Program-made: the position numbers and the translations under genes
The notes under the pieces: model-generated
What the model was told of the DNA's origin: nothing
Database searches by the model: none
What the model saw: only the letters and a program-made list of their open reading frames with translations
Assembly (NCBI GenBank): GCA_965237805.1
Contig: OZ250153.1
Location: 1,440,001 to 1,504,000, forward strand
Length of the DNA: 64,000 nt
Direction: 5' to 3'
DNA from: Gammaproteobacteria bacterium
GTDB lineage: Bacteria; Pseudomonadota; Gammaproteobacteria; JABABF01
In this document: positions 19,605 to 32,748 of the stretch, piece by piece
Numbering within the stretch: the first letter of the stretch is position 1
Layout: every line of letters starts with the position of its first letter

Positions 19605-21179
19605 TCAGTGGCGGAAGTGGCGCTGGCCTGTGAACAGCATCGTCAAGCCCAAGCGGTCGGCGGCCGCGATGACCTCATCATCGCGGCGCGAGCCGCCGGG
19701 TTGCACCACACAGCGGATGTTGGCCTCGGCGGCGACTTCGACACCGTCGGCAAAGGGGAAGAAGGCATCTGAGGCCAGCACTGCACCGTCCAAGCTGTGG
19801 TTGGATTCGGCGGCGCGCAAAGCGGCGATGCGCACGCTGAAGACGCGGCTAGTCTGGCCAGCACCGATGCCCAAAGTGAGACCACCGCCAGCGCAGACGA
19901 TGGCATTAGATTTGACGAATTGGCAGATGATCCAAGCGAATTCTAGGTCGGCGAGCTCCGCTGCGCTGGCCTGCCGGGCGCTGACGCAGCGCCAGTCGCT
20001 GGCAGGCGGCCCGGCGCGGTCGCGCTGCTGTACCAACAGCCCGGCGCGGATGCGTTGCCCGTGCAGCGCTTGGCTGTGGTTCGAGCCGAGCTCGCCACAG
20101 GCCAGCACCCGCAGTGCTGGCCGCGCTGCCAGTAGCGCCAGTGCCCGTTGGTCGACTGAGGGCGCGATCAGCAGTTCTGCGAACGGGCCGTTGAGCACGG
20201 CTTGGGCGGTATCGATATCGAGTGGGCGGTTCAGGGCGATGATGCCGCCGAAGGCCGATTCGGCATCGCTGCTGAGCGCCGCTTCGAAAGCCGCTGCCGG
20301 GCGCTGACGCAGTGCCGCGCCGCAGGGGTTGGAGTGTTTGACGATGACACAAGCTGGCCCTTGCAACGAGCGCACACATTCCAAAGCGGTGTCGGCGTCG
20401 GCGATATTGTTGAAAGACAGCTCCTTGCCCTGCAATTGTTGTGCGGTGGCGGCGCTAGCTTGCTGCGCTGTGCTGTCGTCGTCCACATACAGCGCGGCGC
20501 GCTGTTGTGGGTTCTCGCCATAGCGCAGCGATGCCTTGAAGCGCAGGCGCAAGGGTTCCCGAGTCGGCCACTCATCTGCGGTGGGCTCCCGCTCCGCCAT
20601 CCAAGTGGCGATGGCCTGATCGTAGGCTGCAGTATGCGCGAAGGCTCGAATTGCCAAGCGCTGGCGCATCGCCTGATCCAGCCCCCCCGTACGCAGTGCT
20701 TCGAGTATGGCACCGTAATCATCCGGCTCGACCACCACAGCCACATCGCGGTGGTTTTTAGCCGCGGCTCGCAACAGCGATGGGCCGCCAATATCGATTT
20801 GCTCGACCACCGCTTCGGGTGTCGCATCAGTGCGCGCAGCGGTGGCGGCAAAGGGGTAGAGGTTGACGACAACCAGATCGATGGGGGCGATATCGTTTGC
20901 GGACATCACCTCGTCGTCGATGCCGCGGCGTCCCAAGATGCCGCCGACGATTTTAGGGTGCATGGTCTTGACACGCCCGCCCATAATCTCAGGGAAGCCG
21001 GTATGCTCGCTGACCGCTGTGGCGGCGATGCCGTGCTCGTCGAGCAGCTGCAGGGTGCCGCCGGTGGACAGCAACTCGCAACCCAACTCGGCCAAGCCAC
21101 CCGCCAGTTCCGCTAGACCGCGCTTGTCGCTGAGGCTGATCAGGGCGCGCCGTGCGCACCACGGCCTCTCTTCGCTCAC
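19605..21179 (-). CDS. purH: Bifunctional AICAR formyltransferase/IMP cyclohydrolase
   Basis: GGRVKT.HP, IDIGGP, LRYGENP and SDAFFPF motifs; ends RHFRH. Confidence 0.98.
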   Translation of the reverse strand: MSEERPWCARRALISLSDKRGLAELAGGLAELGCELLSTGGTLQLLDEHGIAATAVSEHTGFPEIMGGRVKTMHPKIVGGILGRRGIDDEVMSANDIAPIDLVVVNLYPFAATAARTDATPEAVVEQIDIGGPSLLRAAAKNHRDVAVVVEPDDYGAILEALRTGGLDQAMRQRLAIRAFAHTAAYDQAIATWMAEREPTADEWPTREPLRLRFKASLRYGENPQQRAALYVDDDSTAQQASAATAQQLQGKELSFNNIADADTALECVRSLQGPACVIVKHSNPCGAALRQRPAAAFEAALSSDAESAFGGIIALNRPLDIDTAQAVLNGPFAELLIAPSVDQRALALLAARPALRVLACGELGSNHSQALHGQRIRAGLLVQQRDRAGPPASDWRCVSARQASAAELADLEFAWIICQFVKSNAIVCAGGGLTLGIGAGQTSRVFSVRIAALRAAESNHSLDGAVLASDAFFPFADGVEVAAEANIRCVVQPGGSRRDDEVIAAADRLGLTMLFTGQRHFRH

Positions 21180-21508
21180 GACAATAGATTGTGGCGCTGG
21201 AGTTTTCGCCGCAGTGTGGCGCGGCTGATGCCGAGCACTTGAGCCGCCGCGCTCTGATTGTGCTCGGTGTGTTGCAAGACGCGGCGCAACAGCGGTAGCT
21301 CCACTTGGTCGAGTACCGACTGGTAGACACCGCTGACACGCTCGCCGTTTAGCAGGCTGAAATAGCGCTGCATCACCCGGTCAACGCAGTCTGTAATCGG
21401 CGGGGTGCCAGTGCTGGAGCCAGTGTGCGCTGGACTGTCACCGGGAGCTGTTGGGGTGGCGGATGTTGTGCGGGGCATCAGGCGCGGGGCGCTCGGGTCT
21501 GGACGCAA
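21176..21508 (-). CDS. fis: Fis DNA-binding protein
   Basis: VELPLL..VL and NQSAAAQVLGISRATLRRKL helix-turn-helix; upstream of purH. Confidence 0.88.
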   Translation of the reverse strand: MRPDPSAPRLMPRTTSATPTAPGDSPAHTGSSTGTPPITDCVDRVMQRYFSLLNGERVSGVYQSVLDQVELPLLRRVLQHTEHNQSAAAQVLGISRATLRRKLQRHNLLS

Positions 21509-21523
21509 ATTGTAAAGCAGTCC

Positions 21524-22885
21524 TCAGTTGGAGGTGGAGTGCTTGCCCGCGCGCTTCTCCAGATAGTGGATGTCGGTACCGCCGCGCAGCACGGCATCCT
21601 CTTGCAGTAGTTGTTGGTGCAGTGGAATATTGGTCTTCACGCCGACGATGACCAACTCGCTCAGCGCTTGGCGCATGCGCAGCTGAGCCTGGGCACGGTT
21701 TTCGCCGCTACTGATAATCTTGGCGAGCAGAGAGTCGTAGTGCGACGGCACGGTGTAGCCGCTGTAGATATGGGAGTCGACGCGCACCCCGAGTCCGCCC
21801 GGTGCGTGGTAGTAGTCGATAGCGCCGGGCGAGGGGAGGAAAGTTGATGGATCCTCCGCGTTGATACGGCATTCCAGCGCGTGCCCGCGTAGTGCCACAT
21901 CCTCTTGTCGCCATGGCAGCTTCTCGCCTTGGGCGATGCGCAATTGGGCGTTCACCAGATCGATGCCGGTCAGCATTTCCGTGATCGGGTGCTCGACTTG
22001 GATGCGGGTGTTCATCTCGATGAAGTGGAACTCACCGTCTTGGTAGAGAAATTCAAAGGTGCCAGCACCACAGTATCCTAAGCGGCGGCAGCTGTCGGCG
22101 CAGCGCTCGGCGATGGCTTGGCGCGCGCTGTCGGGGATGCCGGGTGCCGGGGCTTCTTCGAGGATTTTTTGGTGGCGGCGCTGCAGGGAGCAGTCGCGTT
22201 CCCACAGGTGGATGACATTGCCGTAGTTGTCCGCCAGCACCTGTACCTCAATGTGCCGAGGGTGATCGAGATATTTCTCGAGATAGACGCGGGCATCGCC
22301 GAAGCTGCTCTCGGCTTCGTTGCGGGTGATGGCCAGCGTCTCGGCTAAGCGGGCTTCGCTGTGTACCACGCTCATGCCGCGCCCGCCGCCGCCCGCTGCC
22401 GCCTTGATCAGCACCGGGTAGCCGATGTCGCGTGCGATGGCCGCATTCTGGTGGTCATCGTGTCCCAGCGTTGCGCCCGAGCCCGGCACGGTTGGCAGGC
22501 CGAGCTCGCGCATCGTTTTGATGGCCTGCACTTTATCGCCCATCAGGCGGATTGATTCTGGCTTGGGGCCGATGAAAGTAAAGCCGCTGCGCTCGACCTG
22601 CTCGGCAAATTCCGGTTTTTCGGCCAAGAAACCGTAGCCGGGGTGGATGGCGGAGGCATCGGTGACCTCGGCGGCACTGATCACCGCCGGGATGTTCAGG
22701 TAGCTCTCGCTGGCGGGTGGTGGCCCGATGCACACCGATTCATCGGCCAAGCGCACATGTAGCAATTCGCTGTCCACATCCGAGTGAATAGCCACGGTGC
22801 GGATGTCCAAGTCGCGGCAGGCGCGCAGGATGCGCAGAGCGATCTCGCCACGGTTGGCGATCAACACCTTGTTGAACGCGGGCAT
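21524..22885 (-). CDS. accC: Acetyl-CoA carboxylase biotin carboxylase
   Basis: [22 protein letters not shown] and [10 protein letters not shown] motifs. Confidence 0.98.
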   Translation of the reverse strand: MPAFNKVLIANRGEIALRILRACRDLDIRTVAIHSDVDSELLHVRLADESVCIGPPPASESYLNIPAVISAAEVTDASAIHPGYGFLAEKPEFAEQVERSGFTFIGPKPESIRLMGDKVQAIKTMRELGLPTVPGSGATLGHDDHQNAAIARDIGYPVLIKAAAGGGGRGMSVVHSEARLAETLAITRNEAESSFGDARVYLEKYLDHPRHIEVQVLADNYGNVIHLWERDCSLQRRHQKILEEAPAPGIPDSARQAIAERCADSCRRLGYCGAGTFEFLYQDGEFHFIEMNTRIQVEHPITEMLTGIDLVNAQLRIAQGEKLPWRQEDVALRGHALECRINAEDPSTFLPSPGAIDYYHAPGGLGVRVDSHIYSGYTVPSHYDSLLAKIISSGENRAQAQLRMRQALSELVIVGVKTNIPLHQQLLQEDAVLRGGTDIHYLEKRAGKHSTSN

Positions 22886-22891
22886 GGCGGT

Positions 22892-23335
22892 TTAGGTGAT
22901 GGTCAGCAGAGCTTGGCCGAATTCCACCGCTTGACCATTTTCGATCAAGATGGCTGTGATCGTCCCGGCGCGATCGGCCTCGATGCGGTTCATCATCTTC
23001 ATCGCTTCGATGATGCAGACCACATCGCCCGGTGCCACCAGGCTGCCAACTTCGACAAAGGGTGGGGCATCCGGTACTGGTGCGCGATAGAAAGTGCCGA
23101 CCATGGGTGAGAGTAGCGCGGCATCTGAGGGTGCAACCCCCTCGTCTTCCTGCGGTGCCCGTGGCGGTTGGGCTGGCAGCTCGCCCGCTGTGTATGCTGG
23201 TGGCGGGGCGAACTGGAGTGCCGGTGCTTGCCGGCGGCTCAGGCGGATCGATTCCTCACCTTCTCGGATCTCAATTTCGTCGAGCGCACTGGCTTCTAGC
23301 ACTTCGATCAGCTTGCGAATTTTGCGGATGTCCAT
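22892..23335 (-). CDS. accB: Biotin carboxyl carrier protein
   Basis: SPMVGTFY and EAMKM biotinylation motif. Confidence 0.98.
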   Translation of the reverse strand: MDIRKIRKLIEVLEASALDEIEIREGEESIRLSRRQAPALQFAPPPAYTAGELPAQPPRAPQEDEGVAPSDAALLSPMVGTFYRAPVPDAPPFVEVGSLVAPGDVVCIIEAMKMMNRIEADRAGTITAILIENGQAVEFGQALLTIT

Positions 23336-23365
23336 CGCTTTACCCAGTGACTGCTGATCGCGTGT

Positions 23366-23824
23366 TTAGGCGGCCTGCTCGCCTGCGCGCAACTGTTGCA
23401 AGGCGGCATCCAAAGCCAATTCATAGCCCTGCGGGCCGAGCCCGGTGATCACCCCGCAGGCGATGTCCGAGAAATAGGAGCGCTGGCGGAACTCCTCCCG
23501 TGCTTGCACATTGGATAGATGCACCTCAATGAAGGGTAGCCCCGTGGCCAGTACCGCATCGCGCAGGGCGATACTGGTATGTGTGAAAGCGGCCGGATTC
23601 AGCAACATGAAGTCGACCCCGTCCGCAACGGCCCGTTGCACTTCATTCACCAAATCGTGCTCGGCGTTGCTCTGCACACTGCGCAATTGGCAATCGGCCG
23701 CCGCCGCACGCTCGGTCAAGCGTTGGTCGATTTCACTCAGTGAGCTGTCGCCGTACCATTGCGGCTCGCGTTGCCCGATCAAATTGAGATTGGGGCCATG
23801 TAGCACCAAAATGGAGTGCGCCAT
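23366..23824 (-). CDS. aroQ: Type II 3-dehydroquinate dehydratase
   Basis: HGPNLN, NPAAFTHTS.A.RDA and EVHLSN motifs. Confidence 0.97.
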   Translation of the reverse strand: MAHSILVLHGPNLNLIGQREPQWYGDSSLSEIDQRLTERAAAADCQLRSVQSNAEHDLVNEVQRAVADGVDFMLLNPAAFTHTSIALRDAVLATGLPFIEVHLSNVQAREEFRQRSYFSDIACGVITGLGPQGYELALDAALQQLRAGEQAA

Positions 23825-23832
23825 CGCCGTGA

Positions 23833-24489
23833 TTAGCCATTCCCCTGTTGTGGCCGTAACTTGCGATCCAGCCAGTAGTCGGCGCTGAGCCACGGCCCGC
23901 CACCGATGAACACCAGTGTGATCAGCATCAGCAGATAAGTGACGGCAAATTCGATCCCGTTGTTGAGCACGACAAAATTGCCGTGCGCCGTGAACCATTC
24001 GTAATCGCCGTGCTCCCGCAACAGCTGGCGAGCCTGGCTCAGGCGCTGGCCGACCTCATCGCTGTTGCGCAGGCTTTGCCAGCCGCCGTCCAAGCCGACG
24101 GTGGCCAGTACCCGCGCCGGGCTATGGGCACGGTCGCTGGGAGCGATGGCGAACCAGCCGTATTGCCAGTGCACCGATGCCATGGCGACAATCATTGTGA
24201 AGGCCAACGGGATGGAAATCCAGCGCACGGCCAAGCCGATGACAAGCAGTAGCCCGCCGACCAATTCGGTGCTGGCGGCCAGCGCGGCCATCAGCGTGGG
24301 CAGAGGAATACCGAGACTCTCGAACCACTGCACGGTGGTAGCGAAGTCCTCGAATTTGGTCCAGCCAGCGATGATCAAAACCGGTGCCAAATAGAGCCGT
24401 ATGGCGAGCGACAGTACCCCGGTGGCACAGGGTAGGCGCTCGATTAGTCCATTGTGGAAGCAGTAGAAAGTGTCGATGATTTTAGCCAT
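23833..24489 (-). CDS. DoxX-family membrane protein (long, HvfX-like subtype)
   Basis: RLYLAPV..AG.TK, ELVGG, VHW..GWFAIAP and C-terminal LREHG.Y.W.T.HGNFVVLNNGIEFAVTY. Confidence 0.85.
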   Translation of the reverse strand: MAKIIDTFYCFHNGLIERLPCATGVLSLAIRLYLAPVLIIAGWTKFEDFATTVQWFESLGIPLPTLMAALAASTELVGGLLLVIGLAVRWISIPLAFTMIVAMASVHWQYGWFAIAPSDRAHSPARVLATVGLDGGWQSLRNSDEVGQRLSQARQLLREHGDYEWFTAHGNFVVLNNGIEFAVTYLLMLITLVFIGGGPWLSADYWLDRKLRPQQGNG

Positions 24490-24573
24490 GGCGAACCCCC
24501 TGAGACTGTGATGAGTAATGGTGTATTTAGACGAATTTAGCTACTATTCTGCTACTGATGCTAACATGTTTGC

Positions 24574-25335
24574 TCAACTTTTCCAAGCACTGGCGCACAC
24601 CGGGCAGTCGGGATCGGGCGGGATGCGCAGCTCGCGCCAGTGTCCGGCGGCACCATCGAGCAACAGCAGGCGACCGTGCAATGGTTCGCCGTAGCCGCTC
24701 AGCAGCTTGATCGCCTCCAGTGCTTGCAGGCTACCGATGATGCCGGGCACCGGTGCCAGTACCCCGCTGTCGGCGCAACTCGCCGTGCCGACGTGCGACG
24801 GTCGCTTCGGGTAGAGACAGTGGTAGCAGGGGCCGGTGGCGTGGCGGAAGTCGAAGGTGGCGAGCTGCCCCTCGGCGCGAATGGCGGCGCCGGAGACCAA
24901 GGGCACACACGCGCTGGCGGCAGCGCGGTTCAGCGCGTAGCGGGTGTCGAAGTTGTCGCTGGCATCAATGGCCAAGTCGGCGTCTGCGACAGCGCGTTGC
25001 AGTGCTGCGCCGCTCAGCATCTCGGGGAGCTGGTCGATTCGCACCGTCGGATTGAGTGCGCTGAGACGCTGGGCTGCCGAGGCTGTTTTGCTGCGATCGA
25101 TGTCTGCGGTGTCGTGGACGATTTGGCGTTGCAAGTTGCCGAGTTCAACGCGGTCACCGTCGGCCAGCGTCAGTCGGCCGACACCGGCGGCGGCGAGATA
25201 TATGCTGGCTGCGCTACCGAGCCCGCCGAGGCCGACCACGAGTACATGGGCGTCCAGCAATCGTTCTTGGCAGGCCACATCGAAGTCGGGCAACAAGATG
25301 TGCCGGCTGTAGCGCAGCAGTTCGGCATCGTCCAT
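24574..25335 (-). CDS. moeB: MoeB/ThiF-family adenylyltransferase
   Basis: RYSRHI, GLGGLG, NLQRQI, CYHC and C-terminal CPVC motifs; follows prmC. Confidence 0.9.
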   Translation of the reverse strand: MDDAELLRYSRHILLPDFDVACQERLLDAHVLVVGLGGLGSAASIYLAAAGVGRLTLADGDRVELGNLQRQIVHDTADIDRSKTASAAQRLSALNPTVRIDQLPEMLSGAALQRAVADADLAIDASDNFDTRYALNRAAASACVPLVSGAAIRAEGQLATFDFRHATGPCYHCLYPKRPSHVGTASCADSGVLAPVPGIIGSLQALEAIKLLSGYGEPLHGRLLLLDGAAGHWRELRIPPDPDCPVCASAWKS

Positions 25336-25359
25336 CAGCTCAGCTCCCGCGGTCGCCGC

Positions 25360-26220
25360 TCAGGCTGCGCACCCTAAGCTCAACCGTTCCAAGCCCGCCA
25401 AGTCGCGCAGTGTCGCCACTTCGCGGCAGCCTTGCGCACCCAGTAGCTGGCGCAGCTCGGCACCCTGCCACGGGGCGTGTTCGAGTATCAGCCAGCCGCC
25501 ACTGGCGAGTCGCGGCGGCAACTCCCGCGCCAGTCGGCGCAGGGCTGCCATGCCGCCCGCTCCTGCCGCCAGTGCGCCGCGCGGCTCGCAGTTCAGTGGT
25601 GCCCGCTCGAGGCACGGGTCGTCGCTATCCACATAGGGTGGGTTGGCGAGCAGTAAATCGAAGTGCTGCCGAGCCAGTGCGGCACCCCAGTCCGCCCGCA
25701 CCAGCTGTACATTCTGACAGCGCAGCTGGTGGCGGTTGCCCTGTGCCACGGCTAGGGCATCGGCACAGCGTTCGATGGCGAGGATGCGCCATTCGGGGCG
25801 CTCTAGCGCCAGCGCCAAAGCGATGGCACCGCTGCCGGTGCCGAGTTCGGCGCATCGTGCGCGCCGCACCGTCACCCGCTCCAGCGCTGCCTCCACCAGC
25901 AACTCGCTCTCGGGTCTGGGTACCAAGACGCGTCGATCCACCGCCAGTTGCAAGGTCCAAAAGCCCTGCCAGCCGCGCAGATAGGCCAGTGGCACGCCGC
26001 GCCGCCGGGCGGCGCTCAGCGCGCGGTAACGTCGCGTTGCGTCGGCGTTGGCCAGCTGCTCCGGGTGGGCGTACAGCTGGCCGTGGGAGCAGTCGAGGCA
26101 GTGTGCCAGTAACAGTTCGGCATCGAGGCGCGCTAGCCCCTCGGCGGTGTTGATCAAGCTGGTGACAGTGTTAGCTCCCCCACCGAGTGGCGCAGCTCGC
26201 GCCGCACCGCGAGTGTCCAC
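25360..26220 (-). CDS. prmC: Release factor glutamine methyltransferase
   Basis: P.AYL.G, VLVPRPESE, LGTGSGAIA and NPPY motifs. Confidence 0.94.
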   Translation of the reverse strand: MDTRGAARAAPLGGGANTVTSLINTAEGLARLDAELLLAHCLDCSHGQLYAHPEQLANADATRRYRALSAARRRGVPLAYLRGWQGFWTLQLAVDRRVLVPRPESELLVEAALERVTVRRARCAELGTGSGAIALALALERPEWRILAIERCADALAVAQGNRHQLRCQNVQLVRADWGAALARQHFDLLLANPPYVDSDDPCLERAPLNCEPRGALAAGAGGMAALRRLARELPPRLASGGWLILEHAPWQGAELRQLLGAQGCREVATLRDLAGLERLSLGCAA

Positions 26221-26225
26221 GGTGC

Positions 26226-27440
26226 TCAGCCCGGCTCGGCGGGTGCCGCCGGGAAGCGCTCGGCAATGATGCGCACGATGGTGGCGGCCAGTTGGGTCTT
26301 GGCGGCGCGCGGCAGTGCCTGCTCGCCGTCGCGGTGCAACAGCAGCACCTCGTTGTCTTCGCTACCGAAGCCGATACCGGGTTTGGAGACATCGTTGGCG
26401 ACGACCATATCCAGTTTTTTTTGTACCAGCTTGCGCCGTCCGCTGGCGGCCGCATCGCCGGTCTCGGCGGCGAAACCGACGAGGAAAGGAGGATCGCGCC
26501 ACGCTGCAGCCGCCGCTAACACATCCGGGGTGGGCTCCAGCGATAGAGGTGGTGGCCCCGCGGATCGGGACATCTTCTGCTCGGCTGTGTGCGTCGCACG
26601 GAAGTCGGCCACTGCCGCCGCCGCGACGAATAGCTGGCAGTCCGGCAGTTGGCTCTGCACTGCTTGCAGCATTTCTTCGGCGCTCTCCACATCGATGCGC
26701 CGCACGCGCTCGGGTGTTGCCAAGGCGACCGGCCCCGCCACCAAGCAGACATCGGCTCCGACATCCCGCAGTGCAGCGGCCATGGCAAAACCCATGCGTC
26801 CGGAGCTGCGGTTGCCGAGGTAGCGCACTGGATCCAATGCTTCCCAGCTCGGCCCGGCTGTGACTACCGTACGTACCCCTTCCAACAGGCGCGGGCTGAA
26901 CATAGCGACGACTGCGGCGAGTATTTCCACTGGTTCCAACATCCGTCCAGGGCCGTCGTCGCCGCAGGCCTGATCGCCGCTGCTGGGACCGAGCAGCGCG
27001 ACGCCGCGCTCCGCCAGCCGGGTGCAGTTGTGCTGGGTGGCCGGGTGGCGCCACATGCCCTGATTCATCGCCGGAGCAAGTGCCAGTGGTGCTGCGGTGG
27101 CGAGGCATAGTGCCGATAGCAGATCGTCGGCACGGCCTTGGCTGAGCCGCGCGATACAGTCGGCGCTGGCCGGGGCGATCAGCACCAGATCCGCCCACCG
27201 GGCCAGTTCGATATGCCCCATGCCAGCTTCGCCCACCGGATCCATCAATTCGCACCGCACCGCTTGGCCGGACAGCGCCTGCAAGCTGAGCGGGGTGATA
27301 AAAGCCGTGGCGCGTTCGGTCATTACCACTCGCACATCGGCACCATCGCGGCGCAGCAGGCGACACAGCTCCGCCGCCTTGTAGGCAGCGATGCCGCCGC
27401 TGATACCGAGCAGGATGTGTCGCTTGGTTAAATTAGGCAT
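26226..27440 (-). CDS. coaBC: Bifunctional phosphopantothenoylcysteine decarboxylase/synthase
   Basis: GGIAAYK, HIELA, PAMN, TAGP..E.LDPVRY..NRSSG.MG and VGFAAET motifs. Confidence 0.97.
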   Translation of the reverse strand: MPNLTKRHILLGISGGIAAYKAAELCRLLRRDGADVRVVMTERATAFITPLSLQALSGQAVRCELMDPVGEAGMGHIELARWADLVLIAPASADCIARLSQGRADDLLSALCLATAAPLALAPAMNQGMWRHPATQHNCTRLAERGVALLGPSSGDQACGDDGPGRMLEPVEILAAVVAMFSPRLLEGVRTVVTAGPSWEALDPVRYLGNRSSGRMGFAMAAALRDVGADVCLVAGPVALATPERVRRIDVESAEEMLQAVQSQLPDCQLFVAAAAVADFRATHTAEQKMSRSAGPPPLSLEPTPDVLAAAAAWRDPPFLVGFAAETGDAAASGRRKLVQKKLDMVVANDVSKPGIGFGSEDNEVLLLHRDGEQALPRAAKTQLAATIVRIIAERFPAAPAEPG

Positions 27441-27493
27441 CGCTTCTAGCAATTTGAACAGTGCGCAGGCACCCCGAACATCCTATTATCCCC

Positions 27494-27526
27494 GCTGTGA
27501 ACATGCTGTGAACATGCTGTGGAGAT
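27494..27526 (+). repeat. 11-bp tandem repeat, 3 copies (GCTGTGAACAT x2, GCTGTGGAGAT)
   Basis: Read directly in the coaBC/radC divergent intergenic region. Confidence 0.85.
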
Positions 27527-28217
27527 GCTGGTGCAAGCTTTCAAGATTCGCGACTGGCCCGTCGGTGACCGACCGCAGGAGAAACTGATCAGACAGGGTG
27601 CTGCTACGCTGAGCGATGCCGAGTTGCTGGCCGTGTTCTTGCGCACCGGCACCCGCGGTGCCGATGTGCTGCGGCTGGCGCAGGAAGCCTTGATTCGGCT
27701 CGGCGGTCTGCGCACCCTATTGCGCGCCGACCGCGTCACTTTCACTGCCATTCCTGGCTTGGGCGATGCCCGCTACGCACAATTGCAGGCGGCACTGGAG
27801 TTGGGGCGTCGTGCCCTGTTGGAGCCGCTGCGCCGCCGCGGTTCGGCATTGACTAATCCCGAACTGGCACAGGACTATGTGCGCTCGCGCTTACGCGACC
27901 GGCGCCGCGAGGTGTTTCTGTGCCTCTATCTGGACACGCGCCACGCGGTGTTGGACTGCGAAGAGTTGTTCGAGGGCACCTTGGACAGCGCCTGCGTCTA
28001 TCCGCGGGAGGTGCTGGAAGCCTGCCTGCGGCACAGCGCGGCGGCGGTCATCTTTGCCCACAACCACCCCTCCGGCGTGGCCGAGCCCAGCGAGGCCGAC
28101 CGCCGCATCACCGAAGTGCTGGTCAAAGCACTGGAATTGGTCGATATCCGGGTGCTGGATCATCTCGTGGTCGGCGATGGCGAGGTGGTGTCCTTCGCCG
28201 AGCGCGGCCTGCTCTGA
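27525..28217 (+). CDS. radC: RadC/YicR JAB-domain protein
   Basis: [20 protein letters not shown]...PS..D and LDH motifs; between coaBC and rpmB. Confidence 0.95.
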   Translation: MLVQAFKIRDWPVGDRPQEKLIRQGAATLSDAELLAVFLRTGTRGADVLRLAQEALIRLGGLRTLLRADRVTFTAIPGLGDARYAQLQAALELGRRALLEPLRRRGSALTNPELAQDYVRSRLRDRRREVFLCLYLDTRHAVLDCEELFEGTLDSACVYPREVLEACLRHSAAAVIFAHNHPSGVAEPSEADRRITEVLVKALELVDIRVLDHLVVGDGEVVSFAERGLL

Positions 28218-28253
28218 GCGGGCGGCTACGCCCTTTGCCAGCCTGCGCCCATC

Positions 28254-28282
28254 TTGCTAAACCGCCTCTCGCCCCATACAAT
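28254..28282 (+). promoter_or_regulatory. Putative sigma70 promoter of rpmB-rpmG
   Basis: TTGCTA-N17-TACAAT upstream of rpmB. Confidence 0.55.
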
Positions 28283-28320
28283 AACGCCCACCACGCCATT
28301 CGGGAGCGTGAGAGGGGGCG

Positions 28321-28569
28321 ATGATGAGTCGCAGATGCGAGGTGACGGGACGCGGGCCGATGAGCGGCAACAATGTTTCCCACGCCCACAATAAGACTAG
28401 GCGGCGTTTTCTGCCGAATCTGCACTCGCGCCGTTTCTGGTCGCCGGAGCGTAAGAGCTATGTGCGGCTCAAGGTCTCCGTGCGTGGCATCCGGCTCATC
28501 GACCGCCTTGGCATCGACCGAGTGCTGGCCGATATCGCGGCCCGCAAGCGCCGTAGCGCCCGCAGCTGA
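28321..28569 (+). CDS. rpmB: 50S ribosomal protein L28
   Basis: SRRCEVTG....[19 protein letters not shown]. Confidence 0.98.
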   Translation: MMSRRCEVTGRGPMSGNNVSHAHNKTRRRFLPNLHSRRFWSPERKSYVRLKVSVRGIRLIDRLGIDRVLADIAARKRRSARS

Positions 28570-28589
28570 GTTCCGGGGGGACCAGAGCG

Positions 28590-28744
28590 ATGCGAGAGAA
28601 GGTCAAGTTAGAATCCACGGCCGGTACCGGCCACTTCCGCACCACGCGCAAAAGCGCCCCAATCCGAGTGGCAAATTGGAGCTGAAGAAATACGATCCCG
28701 TGGCGCGCAAGCATGTGCCCTACGTGGAGAAGAAGCTGAAATAG
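28590..28744 (+). CDS. rpmG: 50S ribosomal protein L33 (1-nt frameshift in an A-run)
   Basis: MREKVKLESTAGTGHFRTTRK joins KRPNPSGKLELKKYDPVARKHVPYVEKKLK if the A4 run at 28650-28653 is A5. Confidence 0.93.
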
Positions 28745-28805
28745 GCTGCTGACGCTGCTCCGCACCCTGTCGGCAAGCAGCGGCCCTACTCAGGCCCCCG
28801 ATATC

Positions 28806-29630
28806 ATGCCGGAGTTGCCGGAGGTCGAGACCACCCGCCGCGGCATCGCGCCGCATATTATTGGTCGCCGCATCGATGCTGTCGTCGTTCGTGTGCCGCG
28901 TCTGCGCTTCGAGCTGCCGCCCCGCCTCGCCGACCAGCTGTGCGGGAAACGCGTGCGCGCAGTGCGTCGCCGCGCCAAATATCTGCTCATCGATATCGCT
29001 GATGGCACGTTGTTGCTGCACCTCGGCATGTCGGGCAGCTTGCGCGTGTTGCGCCGTCCCCATGCGCCGCCCGGCCCGCACGATCACTTCGAGCTGCACT
29101 GCTCCGGCGGCTGCCTGTTGCGACTCAACGACCCGCGCCGCTTCGGCGCGGTGCTGTGGTTGGCTGATGCCGCCGCCGAGCACGACTGCGCTCTGCTCCG
29201 CTCCCTCGGCCCGGAGCCGCTGTCGGCGGCGCTGGATGGTGATTATCTGTACCGCTGTAGCCGCGGGCGCCGCAGCGCGGTTAAAGCCCTGCTGATGGAT
29301 GGCCGCATCGTCTCTGGCCTCGGCAATATCTATGCCGCCGAGGTGCTATTCGCAGCTGGCATCGACCCGCACCGTGCGTCCGGGCGTATCTCCGCTCGGC
29401 GCTATATCGTGCTGTCAGCGGCCATCAAACGTGTGCTGCGCCGAGCCATCACTCATGGTGGTACCACCTTGCGCGATTTCACCGCCGCCGATGGCCGACC
29501 GGGCTATTTCCGCACCCAGCTGGCAGTCTACGGACGCGGTGGGCGGCCCTGTCTGCGCTGTGGTGGCGCGTTGCGTGCCTCGCGCTTGGGTCAGCGCAGC
29601 ACGGTGCACTGCCCCAGCTGTCAGCGCTGA
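28806..29630 (+). CDS. mutM: Formamidopyrimidine-DNA glycosylase
   Basis: MPELPEVE, HLGMSG, GLGNIY and C-terminal C4 zinc finger. Confidence 0.98.
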   Translation: MPELPEVETTRRGIAPHIIGRRIDAVVVRVPRLRFELPPRLADQLCGKRVRAVRRRAKYLLIDIADGTLLLHLGMSGSLRVLRRPHAPPGPHDHFELHCSGGCLLRLNDPRRFGAVLWLADAAAEHDCALLRSLGPEPLSAALDGDYLYRCSRGRRSAVKALLMDGRIVSGLGNIYAAEVLFAAGIDPHRASGRISARRYIVLSAAIKRVLRRAITHGGTTLRDFTAADGRPGYFRTQLAVYGRGGRPCLRCGGALRASRLGQRSTVHCPSCQR

Positions 29631-29644
29631 GCCCGCAGCGCCGC

Positions 29645-32683
<3,039 letters not shown>

Positions 32684-32748
32684 TGTGGCGTGGCACTAGT
32701 CGGCTAGTCTATCATTGGAGCCGATGCCGACGTGTGGATGTTGCCACC

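Noticed and set aside
20202-21116. 304-aa antisense ORF over purH
   Set aside because: Reverse-frame shadow of a conserved gene.
24574-25335. ThiF/E1-like gene as part of a CBASS or ubiquitin-like defence system together with RadC JAB
   Set aside because: It is an ordinary prmC-moeB arrangement, with no E2, CD-NTase or ubiquitin-like gene nearby.
26362-27366. 334-aa alternative-frame ORF within coaBC
   Set aside because: Arg/Gly/Ser-rich off-frame translation typical of high-GC DNA.
27525-28217. RadC as a mobile-element or anti-defence JAB gene
   Set aside because: It is the full-length chromosomal type in the canonical coaBC/radC-rpmB-rpmG context.
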